Assembly: GCA_963704755.1 (NCBI GenBank) | Contig: OY969938.1 | Coordinates: 3,120,001-3,152,000, forward strand | Source of the DNA: an uncultured Chloroflexia bacterium | GTDB lineage: Bacteria; Chloroflexota; Anaerolineae; Anaerolineales; Anaerolineaceae | Reading direction: 5' to 3' | Length of the DNA stretch: 32,000 nt | In this document: positions 1-7,864 of the stretch, piece after piece | Numbering within the stretch: the first letter of the stretch is position 1 | Layout: each line of letters begins with the position of its first letter | Translations under genes and position numbers: made by a program | Notes under the pieces: generated by a model | The model's database searches: none | What the model saw: the letters and a program-made list of their open reading frames with translations, nothing else | Told to the model about the DNA's origin: nothing

Positions 1-1309
1 GCAGAATGGGATAGGTCATGCCGCCCTGGGGGAACACCAGCACTTCTGCCTTTTGCGGAAAGCGCTGGCGGGCCATATCCAGCGAGGCTTGCAGGCTCTC
101 CTTGAAGGTCACGAAGGGCAGGCGTTCGTGGATTTCGGTCGGGATGGTTGGGGCAAAAAGCAGCAATTGACCGCGCCGCATGGCCTGCAAGGCAAAGTAC
201 AGGAAGAATTTATCCTCCTCACCCATACCGCTCAATTTCAACTTAGGTACCAGCGGCAATAAAATCGGGCTGAGAATTTTCAAGGCCGAACGCCCAACCG
301 GCAGTTTCTTGTTCGCCAGGCCAAAGACGCCGACGCCTTCTTCGGCCCGGATGGTGGTGATCATCACCCCGCCCGGGCGCATGGCCCGGATAGTATTGGC
401 CAGGGCCTTGACCCCCTGGCGCAGGTCCTGGTCCATGGGGAACGAGCCGGTGATCAGCACATCCACCATACGCGGGATGCGCACACCGTAGATCTCGGCC
501 GAGACGGCCGCCCCGGTCCGGTGCGCCTCGATGGGATGGCCGGTCACGATCCGTACCACCTGCAGTGAGCTGTTGAGCACTGCATTGATGATGAAGACGG
601 GTGGTTTCAGCATCCCGGCCGCTTCTTCCAGGTCCAGGCGCATCGGGTTTTTCTCGATGGGCTGGCCGACCATGTTAAAAGTATCCGGCCGGCAGTTGAG
701 CGCGTGGTTGTGGGCAATCGTGGCCCGCCCGGCGACTCCGGGTACCAGGTTCTTATAGCCCCCGCCAAAGCTGGCGATAATGTGCGGCTCGATACAGCCG
801 ACGGAGATAATCAGATCCGCCTGGCTGGTGGTTTTATTGATTAATACCGGCGTCCCGCGCGAGGTAGTCCCCAGGTTGGCCAGCCGCTCGGGTGAATCGC
901 AGTCGTGGCTCTCCCAGCTCACCTGCGCCATCCACTCTGGGCCGATCCGCTCGGCGACTTCCTGCTCTTCCATGGCGCGGTGAACGCCCAGGGCCGGGAT
1001 CACCGTGACCTGCCGGGGGTTCACCCCGGCGCGCTGCAGCTCGGCGAAGACGGCTGGCAGGATTTTGGCCACCGGGGTCGGCCGGCTGCCGTCGTCGATG
1101 ACCAGCATGATTTTCATGCCCGGCCTGGCCAGTTCCGCCAGGCGCGGCGAGCCGATCGGGTCGGCCAGGCTGCGGGCAGCCTCTTCGCCGGCATCCGCCA
1201 CCCCCTGGAGCATAGAAGGGCCTAACACACCCGACAGGTTCCAATCCGGTGGCAGGCTAAACTCCAGGCTTTCATTTCCCCACGGTAATGAAATCACTTG
1301 CTCGGGCAT
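1..1309 (-). CDS. LarA-family (nickel-dependent lactate racemase-like, DUF2088) protein; the 3' end runs off the window
   Basis: It is absent from the ORF track because there is no stop inside the window. My own minus-strand translation starts at the ATG (complement of 1307-1309), with GGAG a few nt upstream. It reads MPEQVISLPWGNESLEFSLPPDWN..DPIGSPRLAELARPGMKIMLVIDDGSRPTP..VGCIEPHIIASFGGGYKNLVPGVAG..VLVFPQGGMTYPIL and stays open to base 1. It resembles LarA blocks such as SSDHTRPVP and GFIESHFFAGFSGGRKSVLPG. Confidence 0.7.
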   Translation of the reverse strand, partial: MPEQVISLPWGNESLEFSLPPDWNLSGVLGPSMLQGVADAGEEAARSLADPIGSPRLAELARPGMKIMLVIDDGSRPTPVAKILPAVFAELQRAGVNPRQVTVIPALGVHRAMEEQEVAERIGPEWMAQVSWESHDCDSPERLANLGTTSRGTPVLINKTTSQADLIISVGCIEPHIIASFGGGYKNLVPGVAGRATIAHNHALNCRPDTFNMVGQPIEKNPMRLDLEEAAGMLKPPVFIINAVLNSSLQVVRIVTGHPIEAHRTGAAVSAEIYGVRIPRMVDVLITGSFPMDQDLRQGVKALANTIRAMRPGGVMITTIRAEEGVGVFGLANKKLPVGRSALKILSPILLPLVPKLKLSGMGEEDKFFLYFALQAMRRGQLLLFAPTIPTEIHERLPFVTFKESLQASLDMARQRFPQKAEVLVFPQGGMTYPIL

Positions 1310-1566
1310 GGCAACTCCTTCTGACAATTGGATTTAGGATTTATCCGAAAGTTATGAGTATGTTTTAATTGAACGGCTTTGCCGCACAATTGAAAATAAA
1401 CTCGCCATATTATTCGGACAATTTTTTAGGGTAATTTGGGGTAGGAGACAATGGAAGCGGGCTGGATCATCCCCGTGCCTTATTATAGCCTGAACAGCCC
1501 TGTAAACGCGGATAGCGCTTATGGCTCAGTTAAAAAGTCGCGGTTCCGGCAAAGATTTGCGCCCCT

Positions 1567-3897
1567 TCACTCGTCTTTGCGTAAAAATGCAATCGCCAGG
1601 CCTTTTTCGTCACTCATCACAATTTCCATGTGATGATTTGGGCGATAATCCGCAATCCTTACCAGGCGTAAACTCGAGAGCAGTTCCTTGGGGACGTCGA
1701 TCCACTCTTCCAGCCGGTTGGGCGAGTTATAGAACAGGTCCCGCTGGAAAATCGTCTTCTCGTCGCCCATGTAAATCGCCAGGGGGTAGATCTGCGATTC
1801 GAGTAGGTCCTGGAAGAAATGTGTGCCCAACGAGGGCTCGGGCGGCAGGCCAAAGCCCTGGCCGGCCATTTCCACCAGTGAGCGGGCGTGGTAGATATCT
1901 CCGTAATCGATCGGTACGCCTAAATCGGAATTGGAGCTACCCCAACGACCGGGGCCAATACAGACAAAATCTTCTTTTTCGAGAGCCGCGTTCAGCCGGC
2001 CGATCGCGCGGGCCAGGTCGTTGCGCAGGCTCATGGTAGGCAGCTTGAAATAATCCTCGGGAGAGACAAATAAAACATACTTCACCGACTTGACGTAGCC
2101 CTCAGGAACCAGGAAATTGGTCTGGAAAATGACATCCTTCGGGTCCAAATCGGCCGGCAAGGCGGCCTCCGAGGTCACCTGGAGCTGGCTCTGTGGCCGG
2201 CACTGTAAAATCGTGATGCAGATATCCGGTTTGCCGTCTTTTTTGGCGAAAACCGAGATAGTAAATTCCAGGTCCACTGGCGCGCCATAGGACTGCTCCA
2301 AATGGCTGAGGATGTCGCGCATGCGCTCGGCAAAGGGAGAACGGCGCAGCATCTCATCAAAGGTTAGCACCAGGCGGCTGTTATCGTTGCCAAAGTAGCG
2401 GCTGCGCAGGGTGGAAAAATAACCGTCTTCCTCCACCTGCACCAGGTAACGCAGCGGTTCATAATCTGCGCCTAACACTTCACTGACCGGCAGGGTCTTG
2501 AACTGGTTATCCTCCAGGTCGATCAGGTCCACAAACTGCTGTGAATAGCGGCGGATCGTGCGCGGGTCGGTCGAGGGGCGCAGCATCGGGTGGCTGAGGG
2601 CAATCAGGCGAGGATAATCGTTGCCGACCCGGTCCACGGCGCGGGTTCCCATTCCCCACACCAGGCGCACAAAGCCCTCTTCGCGGCGGATCTGCGGGGC
2701 CCAACGGTACAGGTTGCGGCTGAAAGCCACGCCGGCGCCATGCGGCATAAAATAGCGCCCGAAGCGCTCGCCCTGCACGGCCTGGATGAGCACTGCCATG
2801 CGCTCATCGTAATCCAGCAAACCGCGGCTGCGCCGGTACAGCAGCGCGTTGGGGTTGAGCGTGGAGGCGTAAATGCGCGCTACCGCCCGGGTGAGGGCTT
2901 TGAAATTATCCCGCGAACTGCCCTGGTTGGGCAGGAAAACGCTTTCGTATTTACCGGCAAAGGCTGTGCCGAAATTGTCCTCCAGCAGGCTGGACGAGCG
3001 CACGATCAACGGCTGGCGGCCGACCCCGCCCATTAAGGCTTCCAGGCGCTGGGCGATATCCGGGCGGAACTCACCATCCATGAAGTCCTTGACGATGGCC
3101 GGGTAATCGGTGCGCATGTCGGTCTCATTTTTGTATTTCTGGTCGTTCCAGTGGAACAGGTTGTTGATCGACATGAACGCGTAGAATACGTCCGAACCGA
3201 TGAAGAAGGATTTGGGCGTAATCAGGCAGGAATCATCGGCCAGGTTGGAGACCTGGCTGAGAATACGGTGCGCCAGCAGCATCCCGGCTGCCTTGCCGCC
3301 GATCTTGCCCGGGCCGATCTTGTGGCGGCGGATCTGCATCAAGTCGGTGATGGTGAACCAGCGTTTGGCCACGTTGATGTAGCGCAACTGGTCGCTGATG
3401 AGTGTACGCAGCAGCACCACCTTGGTCTCCTGCAGGCGGGCATCGTACTGCGCGCGCTCCTTTTCCGGCAGGCGCTCGATGGTCATGGCCTGTTCGAAGA
3501 CCAGGTCCAGCGGGGCCGTTTCGGGGTTGAGCGAAAGCATCAGCCCAACCACGTCGATGCCGCGTTCGCTGAGGACTTCGGTGATAATCTTCTCCAGCAG
3601 CTCCAGGGTAAGTTGTTGGCTGAAACGCAGGTCGGTCAACTGGTCGCGGATGCGCGAAACCCGCAGCTCCCACACCTCCGCCGGCTCCTCACCGACCGGG
3701 TTGCGCACCCCTTCGCGCTCTTGCGATAAAATGGCCAGGCGGCGGACCTCGCTCTCGAAGTCAGCGGCCGTGATCAACTCCCGCGCGAACAGTTCCCGGC
3801 GCATTTGCTGGCGGATGCGCCCGCTCAAAATGGGGTACTGCGCCAGCGCCAGGTAAATGCCGACCAGTTTATCGGTGTGGGTAGGGATAAAGGCCAT
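1567..3897 (-). CDS. PEP/pyruvate-binding (PPDK_N ATP-grasp) domain protein of the PEP synthase / pyruvate phosphate dikinase superfamily, with uncharacterised N- and C-terminal regions
   Basis: 776-aa ORF. The blocks GPGKIGGKAAGMLLA, LIVRSSSLLEDNFGTAFAGKYESVFL and VDLEFTI..ILQCRPQ match the nucleotide-binding domain signature of PpsA/PPDK. I saw no swivel-His motif. Codon third positions are GC-rich. Confidence 0.8.
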   Translation of the reverse strand: MAFIPTHTDKLVGIYLALAQYPILSGRIRQQMRRELFARELITAADFESEVRRLAILSQEREGVRNPVGEEPAEVWELRVSRIRDQLTDLRFSQQLTLELLEKIITEVLSERGIDVVGLMLSLNPETAPLDLVFEQAMTIERLPEKERAQYDARLQETKVVLLRTLISDQLRYINVAKRWFTITDLMQIRRHKIGPGKIGGKAAGMLLAHRILSQVSNLADDSCLITPKSFFIGSDVFYAFMSINNLFHWNDQKYKNETDMRTDYPAIVKDFMDGEFRPDIAQRLEALMGGVGRQPLIVRSSSLLEDNFGTAFAGKYESVFLPNQGSSRDNFKALTRAVARIYASTLNPNALLYRRSRGLLDYDERMAVLIQAVQGERFGRYFMPHGAGVAFSRNLYRWAPQIRREEGFVRLVWGMGTRAVDRVGNDYPRLIALSHPMLRPSTDPRTIRRYSQQFVDLIDLEDNQFKTLPVSEVLGADYEPLRYLVQVEEDGYFSTLRSRYFGNDNSRLVLTFDEMLRRSPFAERMRDILSHLEQSYGAPVDLEFTISVFAKKDGKPDICITILQCRPQSQLQVTSEAALPADLDPKDVIFQTNFLVPEGYVKSVKYVLFVSPEDYFKLPTMSLRNDLARAIGRLNAALEKEDFVCIGPGRWGSSNSDLGVPIDYGDIYHARSLVEMAGQGFGLPPEPSLGTHFFQDLLESQIYPLAIYMGDEKTIFQRDLFYNSPNRLEEWIDVPKELLSSLRLVRIADYRPNHHMEIVMSDEKGLAIAFLRKDE

Positions 3898-3903
3898 AGG
3901 TGA

Positions 3904-3909
3904 ATTTTA
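3904..3909 (-). promoter_or_regulatory. -10-like box TAAAAT placed 6 nt upstream of the ATG (possible leaderless start)
   Basis: The minus strand reads ggTAAAATtcacctATG. There is no Shine-Dalgarno sequence and no good -35. Confidence 0.25.
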
Positions 3910-3935
3910 CCATCGGGGCGGGGGGAGGAGAGGAA

Positions 3936-4009
3936 GTGTCAGGGACAAGTGTGGCGGAAAGTGAAACAGTGCTTCAGTGATTCGGTGGTTCAGTGGTTCA
4001 GTGAAGCAG
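3936..4009 (+). repeat. Solitary half-array of the CAGTGATTCGGTG / GTGTCAGG short-word repeat family
   Basis: The sequence is gtgtcagggacaagtgtggcggaaagtgaaacagtgcttcagtgattcggtggttcagtggttcagtgaagcag. It uses the same words as the arms at 9110-9423 and 11232-11442. I saw no inverted partner nearby. Confidence 0.6.
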
Positions 4010-4036
4010 TTTTCCCCATTGGGTTGAGCGGTTATT

Positions 4037-4963
4037 TCAATTTTTATCTTGCCAACCGGCCCCGGCTTTCCAATACAGATTAAATTTTGCTCCCGAAACC
4101 AACGATTTAAATGGTGGCATCAGAAATCTTACCAATCTTTGGATTACATAACTAAAGTCTTTTTCCGGCCCTGATTCAATTCTATTTCTTACGATTATGG
4201 TCCGTTCCCATTCCCTTTTGTTTTCATTGGCAAATTCAGCCGTCAATGCATTCGGGAAACCATCAGGGTAATCAGTTTGTCTCTTTCGAAAAGTAGCTTG
4301 AATTGCTTGCTGAAGGAGCAGGCCATCAAAGTCAAAGTGTTCGGAGAGCAACCATATGTCATAGAAATCCTTAAACCTGCTGTTTGCTTCGCCTTTCCAA
4401 ACAATCGTGTGCGCTTTTTCGGCAACCACAGTTACAGGCGGATACCCAAACAATGTGGGCGGAGGCAAATTTTCCAAATAACAGGGATAATCTATAGGAA
4501 TGGCGCCTGGTGTGATCGTATCCGTGAAGCCGATATCGACCTGGATGGGGATCTTTGACCTTCCCAGAAAGCCGATTAAATTTACCCTTATGCCATCATA
4601 TTCGGCGTTCACTTGAGTCAGATCAATGGACAAAGTTGTTGGATTAAATAACAATCCATCTTCCGGATAGTTTTGTAAACAAATTTCGCGAAAAATTTTT
4701 TCGATGTTCTCCACCGTGTTTTGTGTGTACCCACGGAAATCAATATCCTTTGTCAGGCGGCGTGAAGGGAGATCCCACGCATTAAGGATAAGACCACCTT
4801 TTAATATGAATATTTTGGCGTACTGGGTTAAAGATAAGCGAAACAAGAATCGTTCCATAGCATAATATTGGAGTACCGTTTGAAAATCAAGATCGCGCTG
4901 CCTGGCAATATTTTTCAACCGGTCATGTACAGATACAACCACATTTTGGACGTCTTTTTTCAT
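4037..4963 (-). CDS. abiEii: AbiEii/AbiGii-family nucleotidyltransferase toxin (type IV toxin-antitoxin / abortive infection)
   Basis: 308-aa ORF. The N-terminus VHDRLKNIARQRDLDFQTVLQYYAMERFLFRLS and the NTase-like block LKGGLILNAW..RLTKDIDF are typical of DUF1814/AbiEii. It overlaps the upstream antitoxin gene by 4 nt (ATGA) and has an AT-rich composition unlike its neighbours. Confidence 0.8.
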   Translation of the reverse strand: MKKDVQNVVVSVHDRLKNIARQRDLDFQTVLQYYAMERFLFRLSLTQYAKIFILKGGLILNAWDLPSRRLTKDIDFRGYTQNTVENIEKIFREICLQNYPEDGLLFNPTTLSIDLTQVNAEYDGIRVNLIGFLGRSKIPIQVDIGFTDTITPGAIPIDYPCYLENLPPPTLFGYPPVTVVAEKAHTIVWKGEANSRFKDFYDIWLLSEHFDFDGLLLQQAIQATFRKRQTDYPDGFPNALTAEFANENKREWERTIIVRNRIESGPEKDFSYVIQRLVRFLMPPFKSLVSGAKFNLYWKAGAGWQDKN

Positions 4964-5583
4964 GAAACGATGGTCCTGATATACGGCTTTATAACCTCTT
5001 CCACCCGATCAATACGTGCATATTCAAAAATTTTGTCCATCCGTGGTTTCGGCTGGCGGACATAATCTTTCAAGGCCTCGATAGCTGTATCCAGGCCAAT
5101 GCGATTACGGAATTTAAAGCAATCTGCAATTGTTTTTTCGCGGTCGTAGATCCGAACAGGAATCTCATCGACGAGATATTCCTCAATCCCAGCGATATAT
5201 GCTTCCTTTGACAACCAATAAATATCCAGCGTGGGGTATTCGAGAGGAGGCGTTTGGACATTCCCGGGCAGTGAAATATAAACTTTGTCCGGTACCTGGG
5301 TGGTCAAGTTATGAAAATATAGAGCCGAAAGGGAACAAATGACCGCCTTTGGAACAAGCAGACTTACTTGTACAACATCCAGATTTCCCAAAGGTTCACC
5401 GCTCGCCAGCCGGTACAATCCTCTTTGCTCTTTTTCCAATATCCCTTTTGCATACATTTGATATATAGCAAATTTCGGGATCCCAAGTTTTATTGCCCGA
5501 TCTAGTTTCAAAATCCCGTGTTCGTCTTTGAAAATTTTTATAAAGGGTTCATACTTGTCAATTCTTGAATCCGTTTCGTTCAT
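4960..5583 (-). CDS. abiEi: AbiEi-family antitoxin / transcriptional regulator
   Basis: 207-aa ORF directly upstream of abiEii and overlapping it. It has an N-terminal winged-helix-like block, LDRAIKLGIPKFAIYQMYAKGILEKEQRGLYRL. Size and position match AbiEi. Confidence 0.7.
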   Translation of the reverse strand: MNETDSRIDKYEPFIKIFKDEHGILKLDRAIKLGIPKFAIYQMYAKGILEKEQRGLYRLASGEPLGNLDVVQVSLLVPKAVICSLSALYFHNLTTQVPDKVYISLPGNVQTPPLEYPTLDIYWLSKEAYIAGIEEYLVDEIPVRIYDREKTIADCFKFRNRIGLDTAIEALKDYVRQPKPRMDKIFEYARIDRVEEVIKPYIRTIVS

Positions 5584-5590
5584 AAAAACA

Positions 5591-5644
5591 ATTATACAAC
5601 TAATCCTAGGTACATTTTATAAAATACCTAGGATTAGTTATATA
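5591..5644 (-). promoter_or_regulatory. Putative abiE promoter (TATAAT 7 nt from the ATG) overlapping a 20-bp-arm inverted repeat (candidate AbiEi operator)
   Basis: Plus-strand attata at 5591-5596 is TATAAT on the minus strand, followed by tgttttt and then the ATG. The inverted repeat is tatacaactaatcctaggta (5593-5612), a 12-nt spacer, then tacctaggattagttatata (5625-5644). There is one mismatch, and the inner 14 bp are perfect. Confidence 0.5.
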
Positions 5645-5787
5645 AGTTGTAATCAACTATAAGCTAAAGACAATCTATGCGAATGTTCCCGTCTCACTTT
5701 TTTTTGAATCGAATGTTCTAATGATTTTTAAATTATGCCATTCCATTAAAGGCGATGGGCGGTCTCATCGATGTAGTTTCCTGTATT

Positions 5788-6642
5788 CTACAGATATGAA
5801 TCGCCCGCATGCAAAGTAATCACCGTAATCTCCGGCCGGCAGTTGAAGCGGATCGGCGGCGGGATGGTGCCGACGCCGCGGGTAGTGTATTGAATCATGT
5901 TCTCTACCTGGTAAGCCCCTACCGGGTATTTCCGGCCAAAGCGCGGCAGGATCAGCGGGCCGACCAGGGGTAAAGACACCTGCCCGCCGTGGGAGTGGCC
6001 GGAAAGCTGCAAGTCGAACCGGCCGGTGGCTGCGCTGACGTCGGCGTAGTCGGGTTCGTGGGCCAGCAATATGGCGGCCCCGTCGTCAGGCAGTTGGGCG
6101 AGCACGCTGGGCAGGCGGTCTTTGTGCTCAAAAAAGTCATCCACCCCGGCAATATGCAGGCGGGCGCCGTCACGCTGCAAGGTGAACACGGTGTTGCTCA
6201 AATCGATCAGGCCGCTTTGGGCAATAATTCTGCGGACGTGAGCCGAGCCATCCCAATGGTCGTGATTGCCCAGAATAGCCACGCCGGCGTCCGCCGGAGC
6301 AAGGCCGCTGAGCGGTGCCGTCAGGTCGCTGTCCGGCACAGTCACGTTGCGGGTAATGAAATCGCCGGTGATGGCCACCAGGTCCGGCTGCTGCGCGTTG
6401 ACAAGATCCACGATGCGGGCCAACTGTTCGGCGGTCATGCCCGTGCCCATGTGAATGTCGCTAAAGTGGACCAGCTTGTAGCCCTCGAAGGCCGGGGACA
6501 AATGCGGCAGGGTAAAATCCACCGGGTTGACGTCCAGCCAGTCGGGTTCGATTTCGCCCACGTAAGTGAACCCGCCCACCCCCAAAGCCAGCGCCCCCAA
6601 CGAAGCCAGGCCAATCTGCAGGAATTTTCGTCGTGAAATCAT
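5788..6642 (-). CDS. Calcineurin-like metallophosphoesterase with a twin-arginine (Tat) signal peptide
   Basis: Motifs FSDIHMG, GDFITR, GNHDHW and GHSHGGQ are present. The N-terminus MISRRKFLQIGLASLGALA is Tat-like. I prefer the ATG at 6642 over the track start at 6675, because the extension would cover a TATAAT box (6649-6654). Confidence 0.8.
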   Translation of the reverse strand: MISRRKFLQIGLASLGALALGVGGFTYVGEIEPDWLDVNPVDFTLPHLSPAFEGYKLVHFSDIHMGTGMTAEQLARIVDLVNAQQPDLVAITGDFITRNVTVPDSDLTAPLSGLAPADAGVAILGNHDHWDGSAHVRRIIAQSGLIDLSNTVFTLQRDGARLHIAGVDDFFEHKDRLPSVLAQLPDDGAAILLAHEPDYADVSAATGRFDLQLSGHSHGGQVSLPLVGPLILPRFGRKYPVGAYQVENMIQYTTRGVGTIPPPIRFNCRPEITVITLHAGDSYL

Positions 6643-6734
6643 GAGGGAATTATAGTACAGGGAGCAAGGGGGCATTATCCTGGTCTTTCCCTTGTTTACG
6701 GCGGGTAGTTAGAAACTGGACGGACCAAATAGAC

Positions 6735-6770
6735 AATTGCCTATTTTAATAATTATTAAAATAGGCAATT
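6735..6770. repeat. Perfect 36-bp AT-rich palindrome in the divergent spacer
   Basis: The sequence aattgcctattttaataattattaaaataggcaatt equals its own reverse complement. It lies about 95 bp upstream of the phosphoesterase ATG and about 100 bp upstream of the small plus-strand ORFs. Confidence 0.9.
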
Positions 6771-6916
6771 CTATTAAATGACAGGTATCCTCTTCGGACA
6801 CTTTTATTGTCAATTATAAACTTAGCTAGGGTTACTAAATTGCTCTATAATGGATTAATGATAGGGGAAATTATGACAAATAAGCCCCCGAAACAAAACG
6901 TTCGAGGAGGGTTAAA

Positions 6917-7225
6917 ATGAACGATCCGGGTTTGGACAATGTTTATAAGCGGCTAGAGGATAAAAAGATCGATGCTCTAACAATCGAGGACCTTCGTACA
7001 TTAGGCGCTTATCTTACTGCAGTTAAAAAATTCGAGGCCGCTACGTTGGTGAAATCTTATGCGGAAAAGCTGGCTAAAGCGGTCAATGAAGTCGAGGATT
7101 TGCGTCAGCAGGCTTTTCGTACTGGATTGATAGGCTTATTCGCTGCAGCAGAAAAAGCTGCGTCACATGACGTGGAGCAAGACGCCATTGATCGGGCACT
7201 TGATAAAGTAACATATGTTCCATGA
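6917..7225 (+). CDS. Hypothetical 102-aa all-helical protein (orphan, AT-rich islet)
   Basis: A strong SD (GAGGAGG) precedes the ATG. I recognised no family. A 15-codon ORF (6873-6920) ends in an ATGA overlap with its start. Confidence 0.5.
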   Translation: MNDPGLDNVYKRLEDKKIDALTIEDLRTLGAYLTAVKKFEAATLVKSYAEKLAKAVNEVEDLRQQAFRTGLIGLFAAAEKAASHDVEQDAIDRALDKVTYVP

Positions 7226-7475
7226 CCATTTTTGGTAATAATTTGCCGAGAAAACCGTTCTGTACACCTTCAACTCAAGTATGTCGGACCAACTCCTACT
7301 AGCACTTATAAAGCCCAATACCCTACCATAAGAAAATAAACCTTTTCATACAAAAATGACGGCTTTATGAAATCTTAGAGCGTTCAATGGCATGACAATT
7401 TTGATACTGCCAGCTGATACATTACATGAGCGAAGTACCAGAAGAGAGATGTTATGGTTTTAGGTTAGGAAAAGT

Positions 7476-7622
7476 ATGAATAGGACACTTCGTTCGATCA
7501 AAAGACACGGAAGGCGTGAGGCAATGAGGCCAATTGTAAATGGTCTCCCAAAAATTGGGTGTCTGGAGTTTATTTTGATTGCCGCACTTATCTTTTTAAT
7601 TCTCCTTCAATTTTCCAAATGA
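7476..7622 (+). CDS. Possible 48-aa small membrane peptide (basic N-terminus, one hydrophobic helix)
   Basis: It is below the 60-aa track cutoff. The start context is AGGAAAAGT-ATG. The product is MNRTLRSIKRHGRREAMRPIVNGLPKIGCLEFILIAALIFLILLQFSK. There is no homology evidence. Confidence 0.25.
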   Translation: MNRTLRSIKRHGRREAMRPIVNGLPKIGCLEFILIAALIFLILLQFSK

Positions 7623-7864
7623 TTTAAAGCTCATGTATTGCATATTTTGCGGCTGTAAAGCATTGTTTTTCGTCTTGGCCACTAATTGGTGAGAGAAATC
7701 CACACCATTGATTTATATTTTTATATGGAAGGTTGTAATAGAATTCTCGATTTATAATAAATTCTGATAGTGTAAAAAGCACTTCAATTCTATGTAAAAG
7801 CCATTTGTGTAATATTGGGCAATGTCTTCTGAAATCTTTTAATTCTTACCCCTCTAATATCCCT

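Noticed and set aside
7805-7864. Upstream extensions of track ORFs: hutI from 7805, phosphoesterase to 6675, vapB to 23322, GH15 from 29381.
   Set aside because: The extensions run into AT-rich promoter-like DNA, use TTG, or cover a TATAAT box. The internal ATGs give N-termini typical of the families (MLIHSASQLL.., the Tat signal MISRRKFL.., MNTLHV..) or have better SD spacing. The start choices still remain predictions.
4037-7864. Possibility that 4037-7864 is one integrated element (prophage remnant or genomic island) carrying AbiE, the phosphoesterase and the orphan ORFs.
   Set aside because: The phosphoesterase gene in the middle has host-like GC-rich composition. I saw no integrase, tRNA target or flanking direct repeats. 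Two separate AT-rich patches are the simpler reading.
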